NCBI GenBank assembly: GCA_013239625.1
Contig: MU053588.1
Location: 149,988 to 213,987 of the forward strand
Direction: 5' to 3'
DNA from: Lama guanicoe
Lineage: Eukaryota
Length of the DNA stretch: 64,000 nucleotides
Part shown: one piece after another, positions 1 to 15,492 of the stretch
Layout of the letters: every line of letters starts with the position of its first letter
How positions within the stretch are numbered: the stretch's first letter is position 1
Made by a program: the position numbers and the translations under genes
The notes under the pieces: model-generated
Told to the model about the DNA's origin: nothing
The model's input: only the letters and a program-made list of their open reading frames with translations
Databases searched by the model: none

Positions 1-1009
1 ACTATGATGGAGGGGAAATGCATTTTCTTAAAGGAAACAAGAGTAGATTTATAGAATGAACTTGTCCTGTCTGTATGGTGATTTGATGAGGTGGAGGTAT
101 GAGTTGCTTAGCTCAGAGCAAACATGGAAAAGCCAAGATTATCTCTACAGATCAGATGGGAGGTGGTGTTGGTAGCTCCAAATGTTAGATTGTTGCAAGA
201 TCTCCTGTTTTATAACGCTTGGAGGCCTGTTGGGTGGGAACTGATACAGACAGATCTCTGGAACTCTGTTAGGATATCCATGAGAGAAGTCCAGTTTAAG
301 GTTGAGCAGGAAGTGTGGGTCATGAGAGTTTCCATCTGAATCACCAGTTTTCTTTATCTCAGAAATAATGATAGTATTGATGGATGATTACAGTGAGTTC
401 AGCCAGTTCATAAATTACTGAGATCATACTATAAGAGCTCAGAAGAACCTTCTAAATCTCGCCCAGTAATATCTATATTGTAGAAAATTCTGGTGTCAGA
501 AAAATAATTATTAAAGATTTGTATTAACAGGAAATTATTCTTATAACCATAAGGCACAAGAGAAACTAGAGTTTATGAGAGTCTTTAAAATTATATGCTG
601 TTTCAGAAATATTGCTCTTCTTAAAATGTATTTGTCAAATTTTACATGTTAATAATTCAAGGAGCATTAATGGAATCACATCATCACGTATGAAATATTC
701 TTGACAAAAAAATCCCAACTGAATCTGATCAAGTTTCTGGACTCACCACTTCATCCTACTCCATAAAGGCAGGCACTCATCTCTTTTAGCGGTATCCAGT
801 GAATTTAACTGTATTTTAAATTAATATTCCTATGATGCTATTTCTTGATTAATTAATTTTTAGACATTTTCTAGTTTTTTACTTGCAAGGTGTGTGTGGA
901 TTTAGATATGCTATATCTCACTCTCTACTGCCTTTCCTCACAACAGAGTTATATCACAATTTTGTTTAAATCAATGCTATATACACGGTTGCAACTATTC
1001 TCTACCACC

Positions 1010-2400
1010 CCTCTTTAGAAAACTTTATTATAATAAATTCCAGACACAGAAAAGTGGAGTAGTCTTATGAGCTACCATATGCTCACCATTAAGTTTTAAT
1101 AATTATCTACTCACAGTCAGTCTTGTTTCATGCATGCCTCTTCCTGTTTCTTCCATGCACACTGCCTACCCTCACTCCCACACATAGGATTATTTTGAAG
1201 GAAATTGGTATGTAACTCTAAAAGATAAGGATTCTTTTTTAAAAGAAGATTCCTTATGCCATTATTGCATCTGAAAAAGTTAAAGATAATTTGTTAATGT
1301 CATCAATATCCCGTGTTCACATTTTCATAATTGTCTGATGTTTTAATTATTTATTTGTATTAGAATCCAGATAAGGACTGTGCACTGTAGTTGGTTGATA
1401 TGTCTCTTGAATCTCTTACTTTGTAGGTACCCCTTCCGTCTCTCTTCTATCTGTGCAGTTTTTAGTTTGTTGTTGTTCGAAAAGAAAAAATTGATTTGTC
1501 CACTGTTTGGATTTTGCTGATTTCTTCTCTGTGGTATCATCTGAGTCTTTCCTGCAAATCACTCATTAGATCTAGAAACTTGATCAGATTCAGTTGGGAT
1601 TTTTTTGTCAAGAATATTTCATAGGTGGTGATGTGTGAGTCCATTGGGAGACATGTTATTTCTGATTCTCTTTCCTTTTTTAATGTTAACCACCAATGAT
1701 TATTATTGTCTAGATTCATTAATTCGTTAGTGGTTTCAAAATGATGTTTTAATTCTGTCATTCCGTCTTCATAGATTAGGTAGAGTACTATCTGTAAAGT
1801 TAAATGTCTTATCAACTGTTTGGTTACCCTGAAAGACAGTTTGTATGGGAACGGATGTTTGATTCTTGCCCTTTGTTTTCCAGTGTTTAAAATAATGAGT
1901 TGGTTTCATAGACTTCTATAAAGATAACTAGTGATTTTTTAATTCAGTATAGTTATGAACTCATAGATTTAAGTATTTTTGGTCTAATCAGTCCATTATA
2001 TTTCCTCTTCACTTTATATCATCTTTGGCCAGTGGGAGGCACTTCAAGTTGTCTCCCAAGCCCTTTTAATATGATTCTAATAGTTTTTGATCACTCTCTT
2101 GCTTTCTGATATAGCAGAATGTTCAGACTCATTCTGTGTATTTCTGATTCAATCCTGAAATTGTCCCTTTCCCCAAAGAACTTTGGTTCCTTTTTATTTG
2201 AATATGGTACTTAGAGGTTACAATCTAGATAGTAGGGATGCTCATTGCCACTGGGTTAAAAGGCCTTTTCTGTGGACTGAGTCAAATTTTTTTTAATATA
2301 AAATACACTGATAACTCTTGCATCTAATTCTAGGATCCAGAGATTCTGGTTCTCAGTGATACCAGTATAATTGCTCATTAGCTTTACCCCACAATGCAAG
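1010..2400 (-). mobile_element. Old L1M (L1MC/ME-like) 3' region
   Basis: AT-rich decayed sequence resembling ancient L1 3'UTR in antisense. Boundaries approximate. Confidence 0.55.
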
Positions 2401-2438
2401 CATGACAGTCATGATGTTTATTTTGTGACCACAGGTAA

Positions 2439-2642
<204 letters not shown>

Positions 2643-2889
2643 TGACTTTCTCATCTGCTTTTCGAGTTACCGGCTGAGTTTTTGCTCCCTGTCCCCAAAT
2701 GAATGGTTTGAGCTGAAATGATAAGGAAGAGTGGGAAATGGGCACCTCCAATTGGCCGTGGCTGAGCCTCTTCTTCCTCCTTTGACTGTTCCTGTGGTGG
2801 CATCTCTTCCTTGATCATCAAGGGACTGGATCTTATTTCTGGATCTGATTTACCCACAGCATAACCATGTTCCGTATCTTTTCTTGTGA

Positions 2890-2994
<105 letters not shown>

Positions 2995-3434
2995 TGAGAG
3001 ACGGTTGGGAGTGAGAAGCAAGGCATCACGGGTAATTACTCAGCCCATAAGTGGAGAAACAGCACCTTCGAGATGTTATCTTGGAAGCTCCCATCAAAAC
3101 TGTAGGCCTGTGGGGAAAACTAAGCCTTTTTAGCACGAGTTTACAAGTGACCTGTTTCATTCCTCCTTTTGCTTACTGGGCTTTCTACTTCTCTTCTCCC
3201 AGACCACAAATATTTTCAGGTAGAAGGTGTCCTTTACTTCCCCTACAGAGAAAACTTACCCATATTTTAGAATCAGTTCCTTGCTGGCTTTTCTTCCTCT
3301 CCAACTCATCTCAGTGTTCTATCACCACTCCCAAAATAACACACATCTGTGTGTGTGCCTGTGTGCGTGTCTGCATTACCCTTCCCCTCTAAGTACCAGT
3401 CTTCACTATAGCTGCCTGCCAATGACTTATTTTT

Positions 3435-3534
3435 TTTTAATTGAGTTATAGTCAGTTTACAATGTTGTGTCAATTTCTGGTGTGCAGCACAATTTTTCAG
3501 TCATACATGAATATACATATATTCATTTTCATAT
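3435..3534 (-). mobile_element. Short 5'-truncated lineage-specific L1 3' end with TSD
   Basis: polyT + 'ttgagttatagtcagtttacaatgttgtgtcaatttctgg'; TSD ccaatgacttattttt at 3419-3434 and 3535-3550. Confidence 0.8.
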
Positions 3535-3949
3535 CCAATGACTTATTTTTTCAGTTTGTTGTGCATTTTTCCTTTCTCCAGTATTTTTGGTTTCCTAAAT
3601 TTGTGGAACAAAGTCTGCCGTGTGCTGCAGTTTGCTAATTGTGTCAGCCATTAAGAACTGGGAGCCAAACAATGGTGCCAAAATATACCCGTGAATAGCT
3701 TTCACAGAGTAGAATCTAGTAAAAGAAATTGACAGGGATCTTAGCAGAAAGTCAGGGGCTAAGTATGCAGAAGTAGAATGAATTCATACTGAAATAGCAG
3801 TTGGAGCCTTGCAAGTAATGGCAGTCACCGTCTGTAGTGACAATGCTGGGAAAAACAGAAAGCTCTCAGCCTAGGTGGGGAAGGCAGAGGTGGCAGAGGA
3901 GCAGAGATCTGGTATAGAGCAGGGTGACCCGGGGAGTTCTTACTGAAAC

Positions 3950-5290
3950 TCTGCTATGTACTAAACGTTGGTCCTGATGCTGCGATTACAGGATTGAACA
4001 AAACAAAGCTCTGTTCTTCTGAAGTCTATATTCTAGAGGATGAGAGAGGAAAAAAATACCAGCTGGTGATAAGTGCTATGAAGGGAGGTGGAGAAGGCCC
4101 ATCTGAAGACGTGGTGTTTTACTCAAGACCTGAAGGAAGTGAGGGAACAAGTAATGTAAATATCTGTTAGACGAGATTCAAGCAAAAGGAACAGGAAGAT
4201 CAAAGTCCCTGAGTTGGGAGCTTTTTGGCCCTTACCCTTGTGGCTGGAGCAGAGTGAGCAAGGCGGGAATTCTGTGAAAGGGGCCAGCAAAGTCTCAGGG
4301 TGTCTCTGTGTCTGGGCTGAGTGCAGGCAGGAGGGAGAGTGTACCTGCAGATGATTCTGGGTCCTGGTGGCCTTGGTATGGGCTTTGAATTCTATTCTGA
4401 ATGAGACATAAAGCCATTCTATTCTGAATGAGATGATTTGAGCAGAGGAGTGTGACGTCATCTTTTTAAAGGATCTCTCCAACTCAGGTTGCTAATATTG
4501 GATTCCTTTGGATAGGATTTAGGGAATTCACGAACTTGGATAAGAAGAAAAGGTGCATCTTTATATTTAGTCACCCCTAATTGAAATTTTGCATTTCTTC
4601 CTGTTATGGTGTATGCAACAAACTGTAGTAGTATTTAGTTCTTGTGACTTTGATGTGAATGGACATCACAGATATTTTTGTATCATTTTACTATACTTGT
4701 AGACATCCTGAAATGTCATTTGTGCTCATGACTATTTCAGAATGATTTTAATGCCAGGCTCACCACTAGGTTTTTGTGCTAATAAAACTATTTAATGTGC
4801 TAAAGAAGAAGAAAACTCCAGGCAGGGGGAAGAACCCCTATGAAGGCCCTTCCGGGAGGGGAAAGCTTGGTGTGTTTGAAGAACTGAAAGAAGGCCAGTG
4901 TTGCTGGGCCCCCTGAGCAAGTGAGAGTGGAATATGAGTCGAGGTTGGAGAGACAAGTGGGAACCACGCCGTTCAGCCTTTGCCAGAGATTATAAGGAGT
5001 TTGGATTTTGAACAGTGGAAGCCCAGGCCAAATGTCATTTTAGTCCCTGAATACATTAAAGAGTTTGAGAACTTGGTGGAGAGACTGGCTTAGGAGGCTC
5101 CTTGAGTCGTCTGAGTAAGAGATGATTCTGGTTTGGAGGAGGGTATTGGCAGTGGAGATAGACAAGGACAGTTTTAAAAAGTTGCTGAGGAGCTTAGATA
5201 GATGAAAGTTGCTGAAAGATCCTATGGAGGTAGGAGAAAAAAGAGTATGCTGGAATGAAGTCCCTGTTTCTGGCTTGAGATGTCCAGTAG
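3950..5290 (+). mobile_element. L2 fragments interrupted by a hAT-like DNA transposon piece (~4480-4800)
   Basis: L2-like motifs (gacctgaaggaagtgaggga, ctggagcagagtgagcaagg, tctggcttgag). Family assignment approximate. Confidence 0.5.
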
Positions 5291-5879
5291 GCTCCATTTT
5301 GATGTCTTGAAATTATTTAATTTGCCTAATATCTCTATTTTTGATCAATTCTTTCATAATGTTAGCTATCAAATACTGAAAGACATCTCCTTACACTTTT
5401 CCTCACCCTTCCCATAATCATGAATTAAGGATTATCTCCCTTTTACAGATGAAGAAATGGGGCCTAGAAAGGTTAGATAATTGCCTGGGAACCTGTAGGA
5501 ACTGTCAGTGTTGGAAACTCAGCTGTCATCAGTCTGCTTCTGACTCCTGTCATCTTTCCTCGGCAGTATCTCGCTCCATGTCTGTTTTAACTTGTCTGTC
5601 TTAAACTCCATCTGCCTCCCATCACAGCCACTACAATGCTACATGATCAAGTCTCTCTCTTCTCCCAAGATCAGCATCACAAAATTCCAAGCAAACAGTA
5701 TTTTCCCGGAATCCCCAGCATATAGCATATTCTGAGTCTTCCCTGTCTGCCACTCACATCAGATTAGTTCTGTACCTTAGACTGATCTCAGGTTATTCCC
5801 CCATGTGGCTAACCCTCTGTAATCTCTTTCAAACTGCATCCAACATAGCCTTTATTGTGGACCCTGTTCTGTTTTCACC

Positions 5880-6585
5880 TCAGCTGGGTGTGCTGTGGTT
5901 TAATTCTGACACTGACTACCCAGAGGTAGCATAGACCCCACAGGTTAGCAGCCAGTCCTGCACAAGACTGCCCTCACTTCTGGCACAAGCTGCAAGTCTC
6001 AGGGGGTCCTTAGACCACCCACACTTCTGACCAACTGGCTTTAAAAGATGCAGGGATTTCCATGGCCCCCTCGGGCTCAATAATTTGCTAGAATGATTCA
6101 CAGAACTCAGGAAAGCTCTACACTTGAAATTGCAATTTTACTATGAAGAAATCATATCAGGCAAGTTCTGGTAGGCTTCCAGATGCAGAGGTTCCACACC
6201 CTGTCTCTGTGGTCTGTGGAGTCAAAGTATGTCACCCCCTTAAGCACATTAATGTGTTCACCAACCAGAAAGCTCTACTGAGCTTTGGTATCCAGAGTTT
6301 TTATTGGGGCCGAAATACATCGGCATGATTGATTAAGTCATTGGCCACTCAGTCCCTGGCCTCTCTCTCCTCCCCAGAGGTCAAGTAGCTGAAAGTCCCA
6401 ACCCTCTAACCATATGCTGGGTCTTTCTAGTGACCAGTCCCCATCCTAAAACTATCAAGGGACACACCACACCGTGAGTCGCCTCATTAGCATAACAAAC
6501 CACCACCATCACTCAGGAAATTCCAAGGCTTTTTGAAGCTCTTTTAGTTGCTGAGGACAAAGACCAAATGTGTATCTTATACCAT
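5880..6585. mobile_element. MER21-like LTR
   Basis: aattctgacact...caagactgccc...aatttgctagaatgattcacagaactcagg; a homologous copy lies at 43755-44290. Confidence 0.7.
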
Positions 6586-7015
6586 AGAGCCCAAGAATCT
6601 TCCCCTGTGTGCATTTATTCCTCTCAGGAGACCTTTCATGGTGGTAAAAAATTATCCAGTTTCTGTAATACATATAGTGTGATATACTCTGTTTCTTAAA
6701 TACAAATACGACAAGCTTATCTTATATATATAGATGTATATAAAACATATAACAAGTCATCTGAAGAGTTGTATGCTGAAGCATTGAGGAGTTACCAGCC
6801 TTTCCAGATGATTCTGATCCATGTCAGTATCTGAGAATCATTGTGGTTCCGTTTCCATAGTCTCCTCCCTCTGCTTCCTGCATTATAGCTCAGTAATTTC
6901 TGTGCATTTCTTCTCCATTTTTTCAGATTAAACAGATACACTTGAGAACTGTGTGTTATTTATGACCAGATATGATTTTCACTTTAATGTTTCCATTTCT
7001 ATTATAAAAGTTTAA

Positions 7016-8263
<1,248 letters not shown>

Positions 8264-10809
8264 TTAAAGTTAAAGCTCTTGTCGCCTTCCTGATATTTTA
8301 CTCAAACAAAAATAATGCTTGATAGTTACCTTCTTTCACTATTTTTTGTTTCTTAATTTTATTTCTCTTTTTAATCCAGATCTATCTTACTCAAAGTTGT
8401 GAATTCAGATTCTAAATTGACACTTGTCCACCCTTTTTCTCCAGCCCCCCAACTTGCTAATGGCTGTTCAATAATTCTTTTCTTCCCTATTATTTTGTTC
8501 TACCTTCTGGGTGATATGTTATATTCCTGTTTATATTTGCTTGAGTTTCAGGGCTACTCTTTCTTCTCTGATCTACATATTTGTGCTTATACCAACATCA
8601 TACTGTTTAAATTGTATGACCTTGTATTTTTTAATTCCTTATAGAATTATAACTGTTTTTGAGTCTGTTAATTTTTTTGTTTCATTTCACAAATTTATAT
8701 TTTCTTGTTATAAAACAGAATATCAGAAAACAAGAAACTGAAAAACCAAGATTAATTGTAATCATACCAACTACAGATGACTACTCTCAAGTTGGTAGAG
8801 CAAGTCCTACCAGACTTTGTTTGGTTTTAAAGAAAATATACTCATGGTACTTATGTTGTACTTTCATCTGCTTTTATAGTGCCAGAAAGTATTATTGCCA
8901 CTTCAGTAAATATAGATTTTTATTATTTTTATTGATATATTGAATGACTTTTAAAAATGACCTTATTTTTCATGTTATGTTTGCATCGAATTATTTGTCA
9001 TTATATGCAGTGATTAATATGAACCAACATTTATCTTTGGATGCTTGCTTTTTTCCTTTTATAACATCTATTTTAATTGCTGAAAGTATCCACATTTTCT
9101 CTTCATAAACTGTTTTGTTCCTTTTCATCAACCCTAACCGCAGTCCTCATACTAGAAAGTAACTAACCACTGTTACCAATATTATTTATCCTTCTAGAAT
9201 TGTTTTTAGTTTTTACTTGTATATTTTAGTAACTTTTTTTTTATGTCTTAGTACATATAATCCTGCCATATGTATTGGTTTGTTGTGAGGGTGCCATGAA
9301 TTAATAAAGTGCTTAGAACTATTCCTATCATGTAGTAAATGTTTAGTAAAAGTTGTCCACTATTATCATTGATACACATATTTTCATAATTGTCTTCATT
9401 ATGTTTGTGGAAAGGATTTTAACCATGTTGTTTACCTTTGTCTAAATCAAAGAATTCATAATGGAAAAAGAGAAATGGGAGTTAATGAAGATAGGAAAGC
9501 TTTTCCCATCACTCATTATTCAACATGGAATTTCAAAAGGGAAAGAAGAAGTATGTGTGGGTAGTCTACATTCAAACTTCACTTTTTATGCTGCACAAAG
9601 ATTAATGCCTGTCTGAAACCCTGTGGAGATAATGATGGGTAGTCGAAAGTACAGCTGTCAAATAAGCAGGAAGAGATGAGAATATTTTTCCTAGTCACTG
9701 GCTCCCCACAAAGTAAAAAATATACAGGCCACATTCTTCGACCAGAATGGAGGAGAGACAGTAACAAAAGGACATCCAGCAAATATCTGAGTATTAATTC
9801 AGGGTCTTCTCTTGATTAACATGGGTTAAGGAACTAAATCCTTGACATACATGTTATTTAAATGTGAGTGAATATGAGAACACAAATGAAAAACCTGTCT
9901 GACTGGCAGCCAAAGTTGTATTGGAAGTTTTATAACCCAATATTCATGCATACATTAGAATACTAGAAAGATCATTAATAAAAATCAATATAGAACCCAA
10001 AGAGCTAAAACTAGCAAAAATAAATCTAAAAAGTGGATAGAGAAAGGCATTATTAGTTATACAATGCAGAAATAAATGACAGAAGAAAGTAAACAGTCTA
10101 GAAAATTTTATTATTTGAAAAAAGTAGACAAACTAGTGACTCAGGTGGGGAAGTACAGATGATAAATAAACAGCTCTGTGAATGAGAAATCAAAATAACT
10201 GCATATTTAAATTTAAAAGGTTATCTTTTTTAGTGATTAAAATGTTCTAGGGTTAGTGGTGTAGGTTGCACAACCTTGTGAATATATTAAAAACTGCTGA
10301 ACAGTAATACTTTTAAAAGGTGATTCTTACAGTATATTAATTTTCTCTCAACCTGAAAACTGAAAAGTAAGTACTAGAGACACTTTTATAATAAATCTGG
10401 ACAGAGCATGTGTGATTTTTATAAAGAAATTGGATTGGCTTGATATCAGAATTCACTAGAAAAGAAATGTAAAATCTTAATAGATGCCTCTCTGAAAGGA
10501 ACATTTGAAAGTTAAACCAAAAAATACTTTAAATGTCACACAGCAACACTAAAGATACCAAGTTAGATATATTTATAGGTCAAACTATGAAATGTTTCAG
10601 GAACTCTTCCAGGATGTAGGCTGAGGTAGCAAGTTACCTGTTTTTATGAATCTGTCATAATTCTAATGATAAAACTTGCTAGGAGAACGCAAGCAGGCAA
10701 TCTGCCCAGAATCAGATATGAAAATAATGCAATGTTAAATATTAGCAAATCGAATCTAGTGATCTATTGAAATAAATATTTGTCACAATCTGAGTTTTGG
10801 AACAAAACA

Positions 10810-11355
10810 TAAAAAAAAATTTTTTTTGGTTGAAGTATAGTCAGTTTACAATGTGTCAATTTCTGGTGTACAGCATAATGTTTCAGTCATACATACACAT
10901 ACATATGTTCCTTTTCATTATAGGTTACTACAAGATACTGAATGTAGTTCCCTGTGCTGTACAGTAGAAAAACTATTGTTTATCCTCTGTACTGGTTTCT
11001 CTCACTTCTGCCAAGCAGCTGCTACTTTCTCTTCCGAGCCTCTGAATCTCCCTTCCTGTCCCAGCTGACCTGCCCGCTGGAGAGGGGGCTTCCCAGGGTG
11101 AGAGCACTTCTCCTCCTTTGTTGCTTCCTCCCCCTGGGGGACAGGTCCTGTATCAATTTCCCTTTTCTTTTTTCTTTTTTTTCTCCTACCTGGTTTTATA
11201 AGGATTCTTTGTATTTCCAATGTAAGAGATATTCTGCCGAAGTTCAGTAGGTGTTCTGTGTGAATTGCTCCGTATGCAGATGTAGTTTTTGATGTGTTTG
11301 TGGGAAAGGGTGAGCTACGTGTCCTTCTACACCATCTTGGCAATCTCCGCACCTC
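10810..11355 (-). mobile_element. Bipartite internally deleted L1 (5'UTR fused to 3'UTR/polyA) with TSD
   Basis: Minus strand begins with an L1 5' end carrying a YY1-type CAAGATGG (ccatcttg 11332-11339) and joins at ~10983 to the young L1 3' end. TSD ggaacaaaaca at 10799-10809 and 11356-11366. Confidence 0.75.
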
Positions 11356-13764
11356 GGAACAAAACACTTCTAATAAATCCTTATACAGATTTGCTACCCA
11401 ATTTCTGAAGCTTGGAAATCAAAATGATTTAGTGAACATAGTATTCCTTAGTATCTGAACTTGGGAAACAAATAGATTTGGATAGCAAGGGATTCTTGGA
11501 ATACAGCACAAGCTAATTTACATAGAATTTCTAGAGTTTAAATAACTAAAGCACTATAAATGAAAATATATTATCAAGCCTCAAAAGCCTTCTTCTATTA
11601 TCAATATTTGACAGAATGAGATGTATTTAATAAATAAACTTGAGTAACCTACCTCCTGCAGCATCACTGCATTCATCCATTTATACCCTGTCTACTTCTC
11701 ATTGAAGAGTCTTTAAATCATAGCCAACGAATCCAATCATTGCCATGTATTTTAGTATGAAGATGTAGTGGGAGGTGGTAAGGCAGGGGCTTGTTAAAAC
11801 AGTCACAGAATTTCAACTTTCATCGGAATTAGAATATAGAATATGAAAGGTGTTCACTCCCATGCTAGCAAGAAAATCTGAACAAGATAAAAACCATACT
11901 TTCCTATGTGTGTAACGTAATGTGTATTTATGACTATAAATGTCCCTATAAGCTTTATTTCATCCCATTTATTTCTTACATTTTATTTTGATTATCATTT
12001 GGTTTAAATAATTCTATAAATTCAATTGTAAAATTTGTATTTGACCTACATTTAAAAAAACTTTATTTTGACATAATTATAGATTCATATTAAGTTGCAA
12101 GTAAATGTATAGGGAAGTCTCATGTATTGCTTTACTCAGTTTCCCTCAAAGGCGATATTTTGTATAACTATAATACAATAGCAAAATGGAGTAAGGTATG
12201 CAGCCTGGTTAACAGTATTGCACAATGTCAATTTCATAGTTTTGATATTGAACAGTATATGTCATTATTGGGGATAGGGTGAGAGGTTCACCTCTTCATA
12301 TGCTATTTTTGCAACTTCCAGTGAATCTGTAATCATGATGAAATTAAAAGTTTTAAAAATAATTTTAAAAGTAAAATTAAAATGTAAGAGTCAGTGCCAA
12401 TTCCAGACCAATATAAAAGTCTTATTTTTTGTCCCGTTGATTACATTGTCATAGACTTGTAATCGATGGTACCAGAGGCTGAGTAATGCCGTCTTCAACA
12501 TGTAGGCCTAAGGTGGCATCTCTCCTGCAAACAAAACAAAGCAAAACCAACAAAATGTTGAAAGCCGTTTAGGGGGAGGGTGGTTCGTCTATAGTTTCAT
12601 ACGCTTGTACAAGTACCTCCTACTCCCAGTTTCCAGCCTTGGCAGAGCAGCTCAGGCTCTTCATCCCTACACATCCCCACACAAGCAGTCAGTGGCTCCT
12701 TCTCCCAGGCAGCCACCGCCTTCATCACAGTGGAGCAGAAGGTGCGAGTGTCAGGGCTGTTGCGTTGTGCGCAGCACCCCCTGGAGGATGGCCCTGTCAA
12801 GATGACACCGCCCCGCCGGACTGTGTCACAGCCTCAGAGCAGGATCCCTTGAGGCACAGAGGGACTTGAGCAGGCCAAGGGCGGTCTACGCACACGCGCA
12901 GTGCTCAGTGCTCAGATCACGCCGCGTGAGCATCACCTGGGTAACGTACTCGGACAGGTTGGAAAAGTCCCTAGGTGTATTGCCCCACGTTTCTCAAGAA
13001 GAATCATGGTGAGTGTCAGAAGTTTGAGCACCTAGATGTGGACAGATTGGGAGTGAACGAAGTCATCCTATGTTGAGAGATGGAGATTTGGTGATTGTAA
13101 ATTTTAAGTTTTTCTTGACAGACGTGATGGGATAGAAATCCTTGGCTTGAAGGATGACAGACTGAAAAATGAGCCGTGGAGAACACTTCTTGGGAAACAG
13201 CCGCATGAGATACTCAGAAAGTGTACCTGTGCTCCTTTTAATTCTAGTCCAGAGAGTCTTAGGCATCAATCCCAGCCTCTGCTGGATCACAGGATTTTGC
13301 TATGTTGGGCTCAACAGACCTTCAGCCTTGGCTTCCCCAAGACTTATCACCACGGCTTGAAGTTATTCGGGCCTGAAGCAGATCCTGGCAACAACCACGA
13401 AGCCCCTCCTGGATGGATGATGGTTATAGCCGGCAGCAGATCAAATACCTGCCGCTGGTGGATCCCAGGTTGGCAGCATGGAGCCCCTGCCGCTCTGTAC
13501 TCCTTTCCAGTAGAAAGTCAGGAGACTAGAAATGGTCCTAGGCATCCTCGAGACTGTTGGAGAAGAATATGAAATGGAATCATCTGGGGGTAAGTTTCTA
13601 AGACTTTTTTTTTTTTGTTTAATTGAAAGTTCTGCTTGCCACTTGGGTCTTCCAGGCTAAAAGACACACAAGGCCCACCCATCCAAGGTCATTGTATTAG
13701 AAATGGGAAACATTTCTTAGTTGGTGCACAGGCAGGGTATTGTAGTAATTAAGAACATGGACAC

Positions 13765-14090
13765 CGGGGATGGGGGAAGTGGGGAGACACTGGTCAAAGG
13801 GTACAAACTTCTAGCTATAAGAGAAACAAATTCTGGGGATCTAATACCAGATGGTGACTATAGTTAACAATACTGTATTGTATACTTGAAAGCTGCTAAG
13901 AGAGTAAACCTTAAATGCTTTCGCCACCCCAAAACAAAGTAATTATGTGAGGTGATGGATGTAATTAACTTTATTATAGTAATCATTTCACAATATATAT
14001 ATGTGAATCAGATTATCACATTGTCCACCTTAAACTTACACAATGTTATATGTCAATTATATCTTAAGAAATCTGTGAGAAAAAAAAAAG
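13765..14090 (+). mobile_element. L1MA9-like 3' end nested in a MIR (MIR ~13735-13762 and ~14092-14310)
   Basis: 'ggtcaaagggtacaaacttctagctataag...ggtgactatagttaacaatactgtattgtatacttgaaa' plus an A-tail; flanks match the MIR core. Confidence 0.7.
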
Positions 14091-15492
14091 TTTACTGGAA
14101 TCAGATCTGCCTGGGATCAAATTCTTGTTTTACCACTTTGTACCTTTGTGATTTGGACAGTGTACCTATCTGTACCTCAGTTTACTTACCTCAAATATGA
14201 GGCTAATGATAGAATATACCTTATAGGGTTGCTGCAAAAAGTTAAAGAGTTAATATGTGTGGAATATTTAGAACACTGCCTGACATTATTTAATATTAGT
14301 CTTTACTGTTACTATGAGATGACTAAATTAAGGCCATCCAATGATGCAGCATTTTATCTGCTTGGTGAAACAATGGTTTATATATGAAATGAAGCATTTT
14401 TGTGATTGATGTCTACTGACACATTTTTTCCTCTTATCCAATAACTCAAAATAGTACAGAATAAGTTAAAACATATTCCATATTTTAACCTAATCATCCC
14501 ACATATACAGTTAAGCTTATTCAATAACCATCACCTTTGGTGTTTCAAAGGCAAGATAATTACAATAATGCTCTTCAAAAAATGTTTTCACACTTAAAGA
14601 GTGGTAAGAGAAAAGGCCTCATAATGGAACCCTGGGGTACACAGGCATTTACGGCATGATGGAGAGAAATGACCTTGGAGGAGACTCTTACATTTTCACG
14701 AAAGGGTGTGATAGTTCCCAGGATTAACGTTTTCAAAGTACTCAACAACCCAGCATTCCTTCCCAAATCCAATTAGTGTGGTGGGTGAATGGGATTCCTG
14801 AATCCAATGCACGAAATAGGGATTACATTCATTTAGACTGGATTATGTAAGTTAGATTGGATAAAATGTGGATTGGCTCAAATATCAAAGGTCAACTGTC
14901 ATTGCAGTGTGATTGTGGATTAGGATAAAAAGCTTATCTTCCCCCTCCAAGCTTCTAGACAGAACAGCAAGCAGGACAGAGTCTGAGACTCCATAGATAT
15001 TTGATATCACAAAGCAGATGAAACCAAGGTGAGTTTGTAGAATGGTTTTAACAGTTTGTTGGGTCTGGGTCTTCCAGATCAATAGTACCAGATTTATGAA
15101 CTTATTTATTTATTGAATTTCTAACACACATCTTAGTGCCAGATATATCCACAATGTTTGGTAAATGCTTTTGAAAAAATGGAAATAAATGTCTGAGCAC
15201 CAATTAAGATGAAGTACTTTGAATGATAGAACAATTTCAGTCACACGGCCTGCACGTAAGGAGTTTAAATTATATTGAGAGAGAAAGACATTTCAACTCT
15301 TTGATACAATGGGAAAATAGAGGCTGGGACTCAGCTAGAATTTGGCTCAAATTCTGATTCTAGTATAGAATGTATTAGTTATATATTCTGAAGCACTTTA
15401 AGTTTGCTCTGAAAGCCTCATTTTCCTTATCAGTAAAAAGAGAATAAAAATTTGCCTCTTTATGTTTGTTATTAAGAAATAGTTTCTGTAAA

